Positions 1-13,918 of a stretch of DNA of 64,000 bases are shown here, piece after piece. The stretch lies in contig MU055785.1 of NCBI GenBank assembly GCA_013239625.1, positions 2,108,001 through 2,172,000 of the forward strand, written 5' to 3'. The notes beneath the pieces were generated by a model. The model made no database searches and was not told the DNA's origin. It saw only the letters and a program-made list of their open reading frames with translations. The DNA comes from Lama guanicoe. Its lineage: Eukaryota. Positions within the stretch are counted from its first letter, which is position 1; the number at the start of each line of letters is the position of its first letter. A program made the position numbers and the translations under genes.

Positions 1-640
1 CCACTTCTAAAGATTCAGTGAGTGGAATTGAAAGTTGTCTGAACTCAAAGCTGTCTGCTCATTTTAACGTTTTGTGTAAACTTTGCACTCTGTTCCACAA
101 CAGGGCTGTCATTTGTGCAAAAACATTAAAAAATAAATTTGGGGGGGGGTCTATGTTACCGACTAAACATGCTGTAGGAAGGTGATCCCTGTTAATCTTG
201 TGGTTTTAGGTCCTAGAATGCAGAGTATGCTCTCTCTAGCTTGAGAACTGCAGGCTTTAATCCATCCTGCTCCCCCCCGCCACGCCCTGGCCAGGAACTC
301 TGTGAGGCATGGACACTCAAATGAATTAATTTTCTTCTAAGACTTCTATGTTTTGGATGCTTCCCAACACCCCTCTGAGAGGACTGCAGGCAGCGTGGGG
401 TTCTTCCAAAATCTGAGCTGGGAAATGGATGTTCTGAAATGCACTTTACAGGCAAACCGAGGTAAAGAGAGGGGAGGCAGGAGGAACAGCCTAATAATCT
501 TGGACACCAGCCCCACGACAGAGATGTCTGAAGAGCCGAAACAAAATGGAATCTGGAGGCCAGCGTAGCCTTTCTGGTGATACTATATAATAAGACAACC
601 TCTACTATTTACCGAGCTGTGACTTGTGTCACACACTAGA

Positions 641-919
641 CCACGGGTCCCCAGACCTTCCTGGTTCCTGCATGGTGCCCTTGAGGCCTCTGTGATTTTT
701 TTCAAGGACTTCCTAAGTCCAAAGAGACCCCTAAGAGTTTGGTTGTAACAGCTTAAGAGTCTAAACCACTAATAGGTCTAAGCAACTTAATAGTAGCAGT
801 TGGCACCACGGCTGAGAGATGTTTTTCTTGAAAATCTCAACCATCCCGCAGTGCGCCTGTGGGTTCACTGGGGCACCCCCACCCCTGAGGTGCCTTGGCG
901 CACAGTCTGGGAACCATGG
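641..919. mobile_element. Non-autonomous hAT (Charlie/MER-type) DNA transposon relic
   Basis: Degenerate terminal inverted repeats CCACGGGTCCCCAGAC ... GTCTGGGAACCATGG, resembling the CAGTGGTTCCCAAAC class. Confidence 0.55.
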
Positions 920-1542
920 CCCTGGGCTGTTTTACTTTCATCCCCTCATTGAATCCTCCCAATAACCCTGACAAGTATGTACGTTAGTCCTCATTTTACA
1001 GACGCAGATACTGAGATGCAGGGTTATTTAAATAAATTCGTCCAAGCCTCATAACTGGTAAGGGAGGAGTCAACATTGAAACACCAATCTGATGAACTCC
1101 TGGGGCTGCCACACTCAGTTGTACAGGTTGGACACTGCACAATTCTGGAGGGTGTCACTCCCACAGACCATAGTGCTGGTGCTCTGAAATCATGAAGCTA
1201 ATGGCTTGTGTTGGATTTAGCACAGAGCCGCCAGCTATAACAGCCCCTTAACTGAGAACTCTTGCTTTGACTTTGAAGATCACCTTAGTGGAGCTTTGGT
1301 CTACATCCTTTCCCCAGTAAATTCAGACTGGCAGGGCATGCTAAAGACCTCCAAAAGCTTCATTTAACTTTGGTTGACCAAGTGGCAAAACGACTGACTC
1401 CTGGAGCATCAATTGCATAAAAACCAGTGGCATTTCAACCGTTAAGTGGGCCTGGTAGGGAAAAAGATCTACAGGTCTAAGTGGACCCCACAAGTGTCTT
1501 GGATCTGAAATTTGTTTCATGGTAAGAGCCTACTTAACAGAA

Positions 1543-2553
1543 CAGAGTTTTTCAAAGTAAGGTCTGCTGCCTCTCAGATACGGGTACGTGTATGTGTGCA
1601 TGTGTATGAGGGAGGGTTAGCTATTTTTGTTGGATAATTTAAATTTTCTGATTGCAGTTAGATAATCAAATTTTTACTATGTGCGTATATATGTATACTA
1701 TAATCGAATTTTTAATATATGCGCATATATATGTGTATTGTGAAGAGAGCTGGCACCCAGTGGTATAGGCATGTTGCCCTCAAGAGACCTGGATAGGAGT
1801 AGACAGTATTTAGGGTAAGAGTGGACGCTATGGTGTGTGAAACTTATCCTTATACGTACCAACAACTCGCAACAAGGGATCGATTAGCCGGAATGAACAA
1901 TGAAACACTTTTCTGTCCTCAATTCTGAAAGAAATTGCTTACCCATTCATTGATATTTTCAATAACACTACAAAGGCTAACTTTTATTCTTAAGTGATCA
2001 AGATGGCTTTACAGAGAGCTGCTCAGCGACGCTGCCTCAAAAGGGGCATCTGACGACTGGCTGAGATTTAAACAAGCAAGAGGTCTGATGATGCTGAACT
2101 GGCAAATAAAGGCCTCAAATTGGTATTCTCACCCTGCGCGTACTTACTTATGCAAACAAGCATCTTTTGCATTAGTATGACTGACGCAGAAGTACCGAAA
2201 CCGATTATAGATCTGGACCTGGGGCGACGTCGCTCTAATATTAAAACCCACATTCTGCATTTCGTTTCCACAAACCAGCATCATCCATCACACTAAAATA
2301 ATGCTGTTAATTTGAATTTTATTGATTTTAAATTTTGTTTGTATTTAATTTTAAAATGTGTTCTGCCTTTATGGTCCTAGGAGAACCGTATGCACGAGTT
2401 GCTGGTTTATTCGGGGGTTTTACATTTGTACATCGTTAAGTAACGTAATAATAAAGATATTTACATCATCGCCGTTCCGGGAAGGGCTGTGAGATTTCTC
2501 TTTTCCTTTCAAAGGAGGGTTCTTGATACATTTCTCAAGTTTGAGAAACATGG
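1543..2553 (+). mobile_element. hAT-Charlie DNA transposon fossil with a transposase C-terminal remnant
   Basis: TIR-like ends CAGAGTTTTTCAAAGT ... AGTTTGAGAAACATGG; frameshifted peptides ELANKGLK, TYLCKQASFALV, KYRNRL, SNIK and QHHPSH* (stop 2294-2296), typical of the hAT dimerisation domain. Confidence 0.75.
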
Positions 2554-5089
2554 TCATGGCCCAGGATTTTATGAAATGCTCCTCTAGAATATAAAACCTT
2601 TTCACAGACCTTCAGGTCATTAAATTCCCTCACTTCAGAGTGTCCTTGGGGAGGACCAGAAAGATAAGGTAAGTTTCTCATGAGACTGTGGCTGGTTAGC
2701 AGCGGGGCGGGAGTGAGAGCCGTTACCTGGCTCTCAGTGCCGTCCTAGTGTATTCTCATGGCTGTGGGCACCAGATACTACATCCTCTGGACTAGAGAAA
2801 GGCCAAGTGCTTTACCAGTATCACTGACTTCGTCCTTATGAGTAACTGGATACAGCTGTCAATCCTGCCGTCCTACAGAGACGGACATTGAGTCCTGGAG
2901 ATGCTGTCACTAGACCGACGACATGTAAGAGCGGACTTCTACTGTGAGGATTTTAATGGTGTGAACCTTGTATCCACTGCTCCCCAAACCAAGACAGTCC
3001 CTTCCCTTCCCTTCTGCAGCTTCGCGCTTGTTTCTGTAATGTAGCACCTGGCACAGCCCCTGCCCCATTAGGGATGCTTGGTAAATATCTGCTAAACTGA
3101 TGAGTTATTTCTTAACTAAAAAGCAGCGTGTTGAGACCTCCCTTCTCCATGGAAAGCTCTGAGACAGGAGAGGAGACAGAAGCTGTTCTTACTCAGAAGC
3201 CTCCCAGGATTTCCTGGGGCTCCCTCCCCGCTGCCTTTCAGCACCGGGGTGCTGGAGACACGGAGCACAATTATCTGCAGCAACAATGAGCCGACTGCCG
3301 CCCTTCCAACAAGCCCAGACAAAGCGTGGAGACCTTGTAACTGCAAAGGCACTGAATGGGGAGAGAGGAGGTGTGACAGCGAGGCTGGGGGAGGCTGCGG
3401 GAACGGCTCCGACTGCAGGGCAGGACTCGTGCACAATGCACCCTACCTCTCCCACCCCCGCCCCAGGAACCGCACACCCCCCCAGGGTGCCCCATGCCAC
3501 TGTCTGGGCTTCGCCACTGACCCTGGAATCAGTCTAGATGTGGAGCGAGAGGACATATCGGCTGCGGTGGAAGACTAAGTCTATGAAATCGCAAAGGAAG
3601 GAAGAAAACAGGAAAAGAGAAAGATCCTCTCGACTCCATTTATTTTTATTTTTTTAAAGAGGAAAGCTAAGTAGGCTTCCGTGTGGGCCGTGGTTTGGGG
3701 CTGCTCTACTAGTCGGTCTGGCAGATGGAAACGTAAGAGCTCCAGTGGTATGTGGTAAGTACCATACTCTTTGGTGAAAACCTGCAGGTGCTCGCCTATC
3801 ACAGCCGCAGCTCCCGCGTCCGTGGCAGACATTGCTAATCAATTACAACGCCATTTCCCGCGGAGCCCAGACAGCCTCACGTCCCTCCGACACAGAACCG
3901 CAGCAGCCATGACCAACGGGTTTGTGCTGGCTTGCGAGTAGGAAGCTAACTGCTCTGGTTGGCCTCGCTCAACCCCACCACTGATTCACTCAACAGAGGC
4001 TCTGAGATGTCACGCGACTGCCCATGGTCACGTAGCCCGTGCGAGGCAGAGCTGGGCCAGAATTCAGGTCTCCTGACTCCCTGGCCGGTGTTCTTCCCAC
4101 TTGGAAAAATCACACTGGCTCCCTTCCAAGCTGACAGCCAGCTTCTGATGACTGGACAGCACTGAAAGGACTCGGGTAACCGGAGTATCTCATCTGGGCA
4201 AGTGCCGCTTTGTCCCAGTTTGGGCGGCAGTAAATTTTACAGCCTCTGACCATCCCCGGGTGGACGTATCGGTAGGCAGGGAGCAGGATCATTAAAAAAG
4301 AGAAGCAAAAGGCTTGGAATGGATTTTCCGCAAAGCAGGCCTTTTAAATAAAGTATCAGCTAGTACACATCCCTGCTAGCTCCCTCAGGGCTGTGGTCCC
4401 AGGATCTCAAGCGTGGGAAGACCCGCCCTCAGAGATGGGGCTTTGTGCCCGGCCTGCAGGACCGAGGATCTGGAGGTCCAAAGATCCTTAGGACAGGAGC
4501 CTGAGGAGTGACCCGCGGGTGCCCGAGCTCTCTGGAAAGGGTGCGGAAACATGTAACTCGCCTTTCCTCACACCGCGAAAAACTGAGGCTTAATAAATTC
4601 TCTATAGCACCGGGTTCGTGCATAAACCTATACAATAAGAAATAGATCTTAGGAGAGGAAATATACTTACTGGGCCAGTCTTTTCATTTCCTGGGGTTCA
4701 ATTAGCCCAGGTTTAAGTAATAAAGAGAGCATGCTCCTTATACAGTTGGGATAATTTCTCTTCCCCCATTTGCCCTCCAGCCTGGGTATTAACTGTGAGG
4801 CTGCTGAATGTTAATATCCTTCTAATCATTGAATCAGACCCACTTCGGCTGACCCCAAAGCCCAGAGGATTCTCCTTTCTTTGACCCCCTGGACTCTACT
4901 GCTGACATACTTCAGAAGAGGGAGTGTCTTGAAGGGAGTGAGCCTGGCCTCACATTCCATCAGAAATCCTTTTATAGAATCTGTAACAAACAGCCACCTT
5001 AGCCTTTGCTTGCTTACCTCTTGGAGCGGGCAACTCACTACTGCAGGGTGTGGCCTTCTCCAATCCATTATGGACTGGGATATTCATTT

Positions 5090-6350
5090 TTAAAACACTT
5101 TCTGAGATAATCACAGTCGCCCATGCAGTTGTAAGAAATAATCAGTGAGATCCTATATACCCTTCACCCGGTTTCCCCCAGTGGGAACGTCTTGCAAAAG
5201 GACAGTACAGATCACAACCAGAAAAACGGACAGTCCCACAATCCCTGACCCTATTCAGATGCCACCAGTTTTATATGTATTTGTGTGTGTATGTGTGTGT
5301 ATTTAGCCCCATGCAGTTTTATCACATGTCAACCCGTGTGACCGCCACAGTCAAGACAGAATGGTTTCATCACAGGATACTCTTCACAGCCACACCTCCC
5401 TCCCTTCTCGCCTTCCTACTCCGGGGCAACCACTAACCTCCTCTCCATCTCTCTAATTTTGTCATGTGAAGAGTGTTCTATAAGCGGAAACGCAGACTGT
5501 AACCTCTGGGGAGTAGCTTTTCCCACTCAGATAATCCTCTAGAGATTCATCCAGGCTGTTGCATCCATCAATGCTTTGTTCCTTCTTATCGCTGAGTCGT
5601 GGTAGTGTGGACATACCACATCCTGCGTGTCTATGTGCCCATGCAAGGACCCTATGAACAAAGCAGCCTGCTTGCCTGTGGGCTACCTCCTTCCTTTCTT
5701 CCTCCCAGCAGCTTTATCGAGGCCACTCACGCACCATACAAGCCACCCATTCAAAGCGTACAGTTCAATAGTTTTTAGGGTATTCCCGGAGTTGGGCGAC
5801 CACCACAGCCGTTTCAGAAAATTTCATCAGCTTTCACATCCTTTAGCGATCATCCCCAACCCTTTCCCCATCCCTAAACAACCAGCAATTTACTTTCTGT
5901 CTACGTTTGACTAGTCTAGATATTTCACACAAATGAAATCGTAAGATATGTGGTCTTTTGTGTCTGGCTTCTTTCACTTAACACAACGTTTTCGAGGCTC
6001 ATCTGTAGCGTAGCTGCTTTCAGTCCATCCTTTCTATTTACAGCAGAATAACATTTCAGGGGATGAATAGACCACATTTGGTTTATCCACTCACCAGCGG
6101 AGGGACGTGGGTAGGTTTTTGTAGGAACACAGCTCCGCTTCTCTGCTACAGATGCCCGGGGTTGCAACTGCTGGGTCACGTGCTAAGTGCCTGCTGAGTT
6201 TTGTCCGAAACCGCCCACATCCTTTTCCAGAGTAGCCGGACCATTTTACATTCCCACCAGCAACGCGTCAGGGATCCAGTTTCTCCGCGTCCTCGTCAGC
6301 TTTTTGTGTTACTCTTATTTTTTCTTTTAGCCATTCTGACAGGTGTGTGT
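5090..6350 (-). mobile_element. Old L1M 3' fragments (L1MC-like, with a probable nested L1MB-like piece at about 5705-6080)
   Basis: Antisense L1 3'UTR/ORF2-end phrases, e.g. TTTTGTGTCTGGCTTCTTTCACTTAAC and CCATTTTACATTCCCACCAGCAA. Confidence 0.75.
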
Positions 6351-7759
6351 ATCCGCTTGTTTGTCCTCTGAGCAGAAATCTGATTCCCAGGGACATCTGC
6401 TGCGAGTCACAGCCCCGCGGGCTCCTCCAACCTGACGGAGTCTGGTTAGTTCACGCCCCTCCCTTCTAAGCCAAGGGGCCCCGGCACTGAGAGCCAGATC
6501 CGAGAGGTGTTCATGCCAGGGGGGCGGCGGGAGCGATTCCCGTGAACTGCGCTCTCCAGCTGGTGAATGTGAAGCCTGATCTCTTTCCCATTCAGAACTG
6601 CAGATCTTTCCCCCAAATCAGAAGAGGCTGGGCAAAAACCCCTGCATTCTATCTTTGGGACCATCCCTTAGTGGAAGAATTGATTCCTTGGTATTTTTTT
6701 CTTACCACCTTGTAACTGTAATTGTCTTCCCACGTGGGCCCCTCACTTCCTTAGGATGGAGCGATCCTGGGGGCAGAAGCGGGCTCTTTGAAACCTGCAC
6801 AGTTCTCAGCTCACAGTAAGCATGTGTGAAGTGCTTGTGGATTGGTCGTGATAAGCATCGCAGACACGTAAAGTCTCAGGTGATGACTGCGGAAGGCGGG
6901 CGTGTTATAAGGGCTTAATAGACATGTGCTACATGGGTACATGAGAGGTTTAGAAAGGCATGTCTCCATCCCTTGAATTTGTAACGGGAAAGGGAGTAGA
7001 GAAAGAGAGTGACTGGGAGCCTGCATCTGACTCTGCCACTGGCTCGGGGTGTGACGGCTGGGCAGCCACCTGCCTCGTAAGCAGCAGTTCCCCGGGCTTG
7101 TGGGCGAGGAATAAGTGAAGTCACCAGCACAAAGGCACTGCGGCCCCGGCAGGACCTGGCGGTAAGGGCTGTGCAAACCTAGGAATATGGTCAGCAGCGC
7201 CCCCTCCCACGACGCAGAACGTGTCCCTGAGGAATCCTGAGATGGCAACGCGGATGCTACAGCTGAACCAGAGGTGCTCCCGAGAGGAACGCTCACCGGA
7301 ACCCCAAACACACACACACCAGGGGATGGACTGACTGAGAAGCACTACTCTGGCACTGCCCCTGTGGCCCCTATTAAGGGTGATGCGTTGTGGGCGAGGG
7401 AAGGGTTGGCGCGTGCAGGGAGCCGGCTGATGCCTCCCTCGGACTGCCCTGCCCCCACGTCACCCCGCTTATTTCTTAGGACCTGAATATACGTCTCCTT
7501 GGTTTCTGTCTGCATCACACAGTTGTGCTGATATAGCTACATCAGCACAACTCTGCAAAAGCACCTGCAAACCGACAGAGTGCCCCACTTCCACGCTGAC
7601 ACCTGGTCTGAGCCACCATCACCTACGGTCCAGGTGACTGCAAACACCTCCTCCCGGGTCTCCTCATGAGATCTTTTCCAAATAAGTCAGCTCTCACCGC
7701 TCCCTCTGCTCAGAACCTCCCACTGCTGTGGAATAAAACCCAAAGGCCTGAAAAGTACA

Positions 7760-8912
7760 GGGCCGGGAACAGCCAAGGCGGTCTCAAAGAACAAAGACAC
7801 CACATTACAAAGCCACAGTAATTAAGACAGTGAGTATTGGCACAAGGGTAGACAAATAGCCCCGTGGAACGGATTAGAGAGCCCAGAAACAGACCCTCGC
7901 ATACAAGTCACCTGATTTATGACAAAATCAATACTGCACAGCAGAGGGGAAAGAATGGCCTTCGCAATAAATGATGTCAGGCCAACAGTACATCCATGTG
8001 GGGGAAAAAATGTTCCTTGATCTCTACCTCACGCCATACACAAAAATCAATTCCAGATGGATTGCATACCTAAATGTGAAAGGTCAAAGATTTGAGAGGA
8101 AGACCTAGGAGACTGTCTTCATGAACTTGGAGGAGGCAACAATTTCTTAAATAGGACACAGAAAGTTCTAACCAAGAAGGGAAAAAAAAAATCACAAATT
8201 GGCAACATTAAAACTAAGAGCTTCAGTTCATCCAAGGACACCACTAAGAGGGCACCATTAAGCCACCCACAGAATGGGAGGGGGGATGAAATCATACATC
8301 CACCGAAGCACTTGAATCCAGAATATATAAAATTACACAATAAGTAATTAAGAGAATTAGAAAAAAATTCAGACAACCCAACTTAAAAAAAAATTGCGCA
8401 GAAGACTGAAATGGGCTCTCCACAAGAGTTAACCCAAATCCTCACACACATATGAAAAAACCATCTGATTTCCTTAGCCATCAGGGAAGTGCATGTTAGA
8501 ATCACAAGATGGTACCATTATATGATCACCAGACAACACCAAAACCAATGACTGATGCTCAGAGCTCAGTGTATAATGAATGAATGAATGAATACACTCA
8601 TTCCATCCTTTAAAACCTCAGCCAGCGGGAGGGGAGGATGAACAGGTTCTCAGGACAATGAAACCACTACGGTGATGAACATACGTCATTGTATGTTTGT
8701 CCAGACCCACAGAAAGTCCAACACCAAGAGTTAAGTTAATGTAAACTCTAGACTCCGGGTGATAATCAGGCGTCAACATAGGTTCATTGATTTCAACACA
8801 CGTCCCACTGACGGTGGGGGAGGCTGTGTCCGGACGGGGGAGGGGTGTGTGTGAGAAGTCTCTGTACCTTCCTCTCAATTTTGTTGTAAACCTAAAACTG
8901 CTCTTAAAAAAC
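7760..8912 (+). mobile_element. L1MC-like ORF2 3' end and 3'UTR fragments
   Basis: ACAAAGCCACAGTAATTAAGACAGTG...AGAGAGCCCAGAAACAGACC; terminal AAACCTAAAACTGCTCTTAAAAA. Confidence 0.8.
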
Positions 8913-9221
8913 AGTCCTACAACAAGACAAACAAATAGAAAACCTCAGCAAAGCCGGAGGAGCAGGGACACCCCGGTGAGAAAACGGGTCAGAGTGGGGA
9001 TGTGGGCTGCAGAAATGAACACAGCAGTTCTCTGAGCTGAGACCTCCCATCTTGCCTTCAATGGGATAAACAGGGCTATAGCTTTACTTGTAACGCTTGC
9101 ATGTTTTATAAAAAGGCGAAGGAAAAAAAAACCCCTTATGTGTGTAATTAAAACTAGAAGGCAGAACTCAAACCCCTTGGGGTGTGCCCATCTCCCCAGC
9201 AGGATTTGGGTTTACTTTAGT

Positions 9222-9380
9222 CCAGGGGTCGGCAAATTTTCCCCATAAAGGGCCAGATAGTCAGTATTATAAGCTTGTGGATCCTGTGGTCTCTGTCACA
9301 ACTACCCAACTCTGCGGCTGTCGCCACAGACAACTGCCGGGTTTGACTGATGGATGTGGTGTCCTGTTTCTAAGGTTGCC
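9222..9380 (+). mobile_element. MER58A-like hAT element (partial)
   Basis: CAGGGGTCGGCAAATTTT...AAAGGGCCAGATAG...GTCTCTGTCACAACTAC. Confidence 0.75.
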
Positions 9381-10569
9381 CCGCAGGGGTGGGGAGGGAG
9401 TCGGGGTGCACTTGGCAGGACACACCCTGTGGGGGGGAGGGGCCCCTGAGGACAGCCACACCCTCCTCATCTCATCCCACTTTCCAGAACTTGGCTGACA
9501 TTTCTCTCCCCCTCACTCCCTCCCACCCCCGGCATGGTCCAGGCTGGCTCCCTTGAGCTGCCCAAGCCTGGTTTTTGGCAGACTTTCTCCCTGGTGAGCA
9601 GGGACGTGGCTCCCTGCATCCCGGGCCTCTGTGGAGAGCTGATTATAGGGCTCAGTTTTTGGAAAAGCAGTGCTGACAGCCAGGAGTTAAAGGGACAGTG
9701 GTCCCAGGCCTGGGCAAGGGGGACGAGGGGGGAGCGCGTGGGAGGAACTCGGCAGGCAAGCTGTCCTCAGCCCTCCCTCCACAGTCATGGTCACGGTCAC
9801 CGAGAGGAAATGAGGAGGAAAGGAGGCTGGGATGGATGGACGCTGCCCACAAAGCGGATACAACAGGTGTGCTGGGGACAGGAGATGCCAGCCGCGTAAT
9901 TAGGGCCTCCAGACACCTGTCGTGAGCTCACCCATTCACGCCCCTGGCAGGTGGTTCACACCTCTGAGGAAGGGAAAAAACGGGCTCAGATGAAAAGCTC
10001 TCCATCTGTAGCCTGCTGCCTAAGGCCCTGGCCTGCCCTAGGCAGTAGCCTATCTGCCAGCAGCTCCCACCTGACACCTCTGACCTTGGCGGACAGTTCA
10101 GGGCGGGGGGGTTTCCAGAGTCACAGAGACCTGCGGTGCTGCGACAGAGCTGTGTGACCTCGAGCAAACTCCTTAACCTCACTGTCTCACTTGCCCTGTC
10201 TTCCATCAGATTCCATGGAGGGAGGCTGGGCACAGTTAAATCTATGTGCTCGGCAAACATTTACTGAGAACCAGCTATGCGCCAGGGGCCTGTGGCCACA
10301 GCGGTGAACCACTGTGTCCGAGCTTACAGTCTAGGGGTGGCGAGGAGGGAAAGCACTACATGGACAGCACTGTAAGCAGAGCTGTGAGGCTGGCTGGCTG
10401 GAACGGTACTGGGGGCTGCTGGACAAGAGGACAGGCCAAGCTACCCTGGCTCAGGGTCGGGAGTGAGCCAGCGGAGCTCTGCTCACGCTGGGCCAGGCTC
10501 TGCTCAGGAAACTAACCCTTACAGTTGCCTCCTGAGAGTGTATGTTGTTTGGAGGTCTATGCTTGTTTT

Positions 10570-10675
10570 CTAGATGAGGAAACTGAGGCCCAGAGAGGGT
10601 AAGTGACTTGCCCAAGGTCACACAGCTAGGAAGCAATGGAACTAGGGTATGAACCCAGGCTGCACGCCCTTACTC
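10570..10675 (+). mobile_element. MIR core; similar MIRs at about 0.95-1.1k, 22.6-22.8k, 37.2-37.3k, 41.4-41.6k, 44.2-44.4k, 50.2-50.45k and 61.75-62.25k
   Basis: AGATGAGGAAACTGAGGCCCAGAGAGGGTAAGTGACTTGCCCAAGGTCACACAGCTAG. Confidence 0.85.
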
Positions 10676-13600
10676 TCCCTGCACTGTAGACGTCAGCTAC
10701 ACCATCACCGTCACCTAAAGATGATGCCTCTGTGCTGTGGATCTTTTGCAAATCGAGGCCAGCCTTGAGAGGCAGGAGGACTGAATGCTGATACATTACT
10801 CGGGGGCACTTGTAAGTGAAGTCAGAGGAGGGGGACAGAGCCAGGGAGGGGCTGTCTAGTCCCCACATCCGCTGTGAGTCTCAGGCAGGAATCATAAACT
10901 CTGTGTCTACCGGGCTGCTGGGTAAGGAAGAGAGAAGTGGGCCGGGTGGGAAGTCCAAGGGCAAGTGCCCTGTCCAAAGTGAGTGGCTGCTTCAAGGCCA
11001 CACAGGAACCCAGGCCTGATGGAATCAGATCTTTTGATTTTATTTTTTTGAGGGTCAGAAGTGAACCCCCGTGCTTGGTAAATATGGGATACCAATGCAC
11101 CCCATGTCCGGGGCCACAACCACCTGCTGCTTTGCAACCTTTGGTCTAAGATGGGGGAGGTGGTGAGCAGGGAGGCACTAAATCAGTGGCAGCGCCTGCT
11201 TCTCAGGTGACCCTGGGCCCTTTAAGCCCCGCCCACCCCGCTGTCTCCTGGGCTCCTCCCTGATCTCACGTAATCCTTTTAACAGCCCTGGAGGCAGCCG
11301 CACGGTGGGGGAGCCGGGTGCCAGCGGGGCTGTCTGATGACCCAGTGGGTAGGAATTTGGGCTGGTTCCTTCCCTGGGAATTGGAGATGGTGACAACTCT
11401 CCGGGGGCTGTGAGAACGCAGAGCACTTCAGGCCACAGAGCCTGGCACGGAGGCTGGGCTTGAAAAATCTATTTAATGATAAACACTGGCATTTAATACT
11501 ACAGCATCATCGTCAAAGTTCTCAGCACCCGGATCGTTAGTGGTATGACTATTATTTTATGCAAGTGGAAGCTGAGGCCCAGAAAGAGGGTGGCAGGGAA
11601 GGACTGCCACCTCCCAAGCCACTACTGAGTCCACTCTGATTTTTCTAAAGGGTGAGCCTCAGTTTGTCCCAGAGGACCATCCTGCAGAGACAAAGATCTG
11701 CAGGGCCTCTTGGCACACGTCGGAGCTGGGTTTAAGGGGCTGGAGTCTTGGCTCCTTCTAGACCCAAGAAAAGGCCAACAGGCAACAGAGAGGAGTGGTT
11801 CTAAGCCAGGGCACTGGGTCAGACCACTGACACCCCAATTCTGGTTCTGCTGTGTGGTCCTGGACCAGAAACTTCATCCCCCCAGGTCTCCAGGATCCTG
11901 CGGGGTACAGAAGGGACAACAAAATCCCTCCTCCGTGGCACTGCTGTGTGCTTTTACAGAGACACAGCACAGGAAGGCACACAGCGGAGCCCAACACACA
12001 GTGAGCATCCCGTAAGGGAAGCTGTGATCTTGATTACAGCTGATAGGATAGGTCCTCAAAACCTGCCTGGCACCATGGACCAAACTGGTTCTCCTAAACC
12101 CTGGCATCTTCCCCCAGCTCTGACCTTTGCCGGCCACTGGCTTTGTCTGAAACCAGGACTGTGGTTTCCAGAACCAGCCCGGCTTCCCTGAGTGGGCTCA
12201 CAGTGGCCCCTGCTGCCCGTGCCAGGAACTGCCTCAAATCCCAGGTCGCGACACAACAAAGCGAGGTTCCAAGAAGGCTCTTGTTTCCAGGGGTTGATGA
12301 AAACCACCACCAGACCAACAGCAGGGAGAGAAGACCGTGCGTAATGATGTTCGGGGGACACTGATTCCCTGTCTTCTCAAAATAAACACAAAACGCAAGA
12401 TCAGACGAAGCCCCTTTCCGCTTTGGTCGCGGTCTTTTGTTTCCCTGGGTAAGTGTCGCCCGCAACACACTGCGGAACCAAGCGAAATTGTCGTTTCGGC
12501 GGGATGCTGTTCCCTGACCGGCACGTGCTGTTCAGAACAATCCCATTCTGATCTGGCACTTCTTAAACTGGACTCTTTACATCGCAGAAGCACGTGGAAA
12601 TGAGCAGTCGTGTGAGGCTGGGATACAGGGATATGCACCATCTCGTGATGGCGACCTCGCTCCTTGCGACTGATCTCCCCAGACGCTAGGATATGGGAAG
12701 CAGCCCCCCAGGTTGTGACCCCATCTTATCAGGCTGTTGCTACCAAGCAGGGGACCCGGGGACCACAGCTTAAGAAACAGGCAGGGTCAGTGCCTTAGCA
12801 TCAGCACCGGGCTAATTGTGTCTATTAATGAACCGTACGCCAGCGTATGATTTAGAACAGAGGCCAGGAGGACAGGGATTTTTAAAGCAAATCACCCAAG
12901 AGGCTCCCCATTCTTTAAACCATTGAGTAAGAGCAAAGAAGGTAGATTTCACACAAAAATAAGACGCACTTTCTAGAGTCCAAAATATAAGGCTTACAGT
13001 TTGCACCTACAACCCGGCGAGATGCTGGCTGGTAATTCTAACCAGGACTTAACTCTCCCGGCCTTCACGCTAGAACTGGACAAACGCAGGTTAAATGAAT
13101 GAGGTCTAGAACGTGGAGTCCTAAATGCTTGCTCCTGTGCAGGCCAAGCAGCTATAGGTTCCCAAGTGTCACAGACTGCAGCCAAGCTTCCCCTATCTGC
13201 TTGGCTGGGGCCGATGTGACCTGCCCTTAGGTTCCGAGGGCGAGATGGACTTTCCTCTGGGCAACTCAGCACATGCCTGGAGAGCGCCTCGGTTTTAAAC
13301 ACTTCCCCCTTATGCCCTCTGCCTAAAGGTGTTTCATCCAAGGCTTGGGACTAGGTGATACCTAACTTACCTGAAAAACCAAACAGTGTAACGTACCAAA
13401 CTCATGGCCCTTGCCTGTGTCTCGCCCACAGACAGACTCTGTCCCACACAAAGTGTTTTTAGAAAGCGAAATAGTTGCCAACTTACTCCCACTAAGAGTT
13501 CAGATTGCCCGTTTCCCTTTCAAAGCGCAGGAGACCGTTCTGCATCCCTGCCAAGCATCGCCGCCGGCCCTCCAGCTCGTCTGCCCCTCGCAGCCAGGTC

Positions 13601-13743
13601 TCCCAGGCCCCGTTTCCTGCCTGGCCCCTGAGAGATCTCTGAGTTCTTGACTCCCATGCCAGCGGCTGCTGACAGACTGCGTTATTTCGGCAGGTGATTC
13701 CCCCGTATTTCAAAAGGGGCTTTCCACACACAGCAATGTAGAC

Positions 13744-13918
13744 CAGAGGTCCCCAGCCCTGGCTGGCTATTAGATTCCCCTGCGGAGCTTTGATCCAGAA
13801 ATCAGCGTCTGGGCTCCACCCCCGACCAATGAAATCCAACTCTCTGGGGCTGAGCTTGAGCAAAGGTGTGTTTCTAAGTCACTGGGTGACTGGAATGTGC
13901 AGAGCAGGTGAACCATGG
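13744..13918. mobile_element. MER5-like hAT element
   Basis: CAGAGGTCCCCAGCCCTGGCTG...CTGGGCTCCACCCCC...AACCATGG. Confidence 0.6.
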
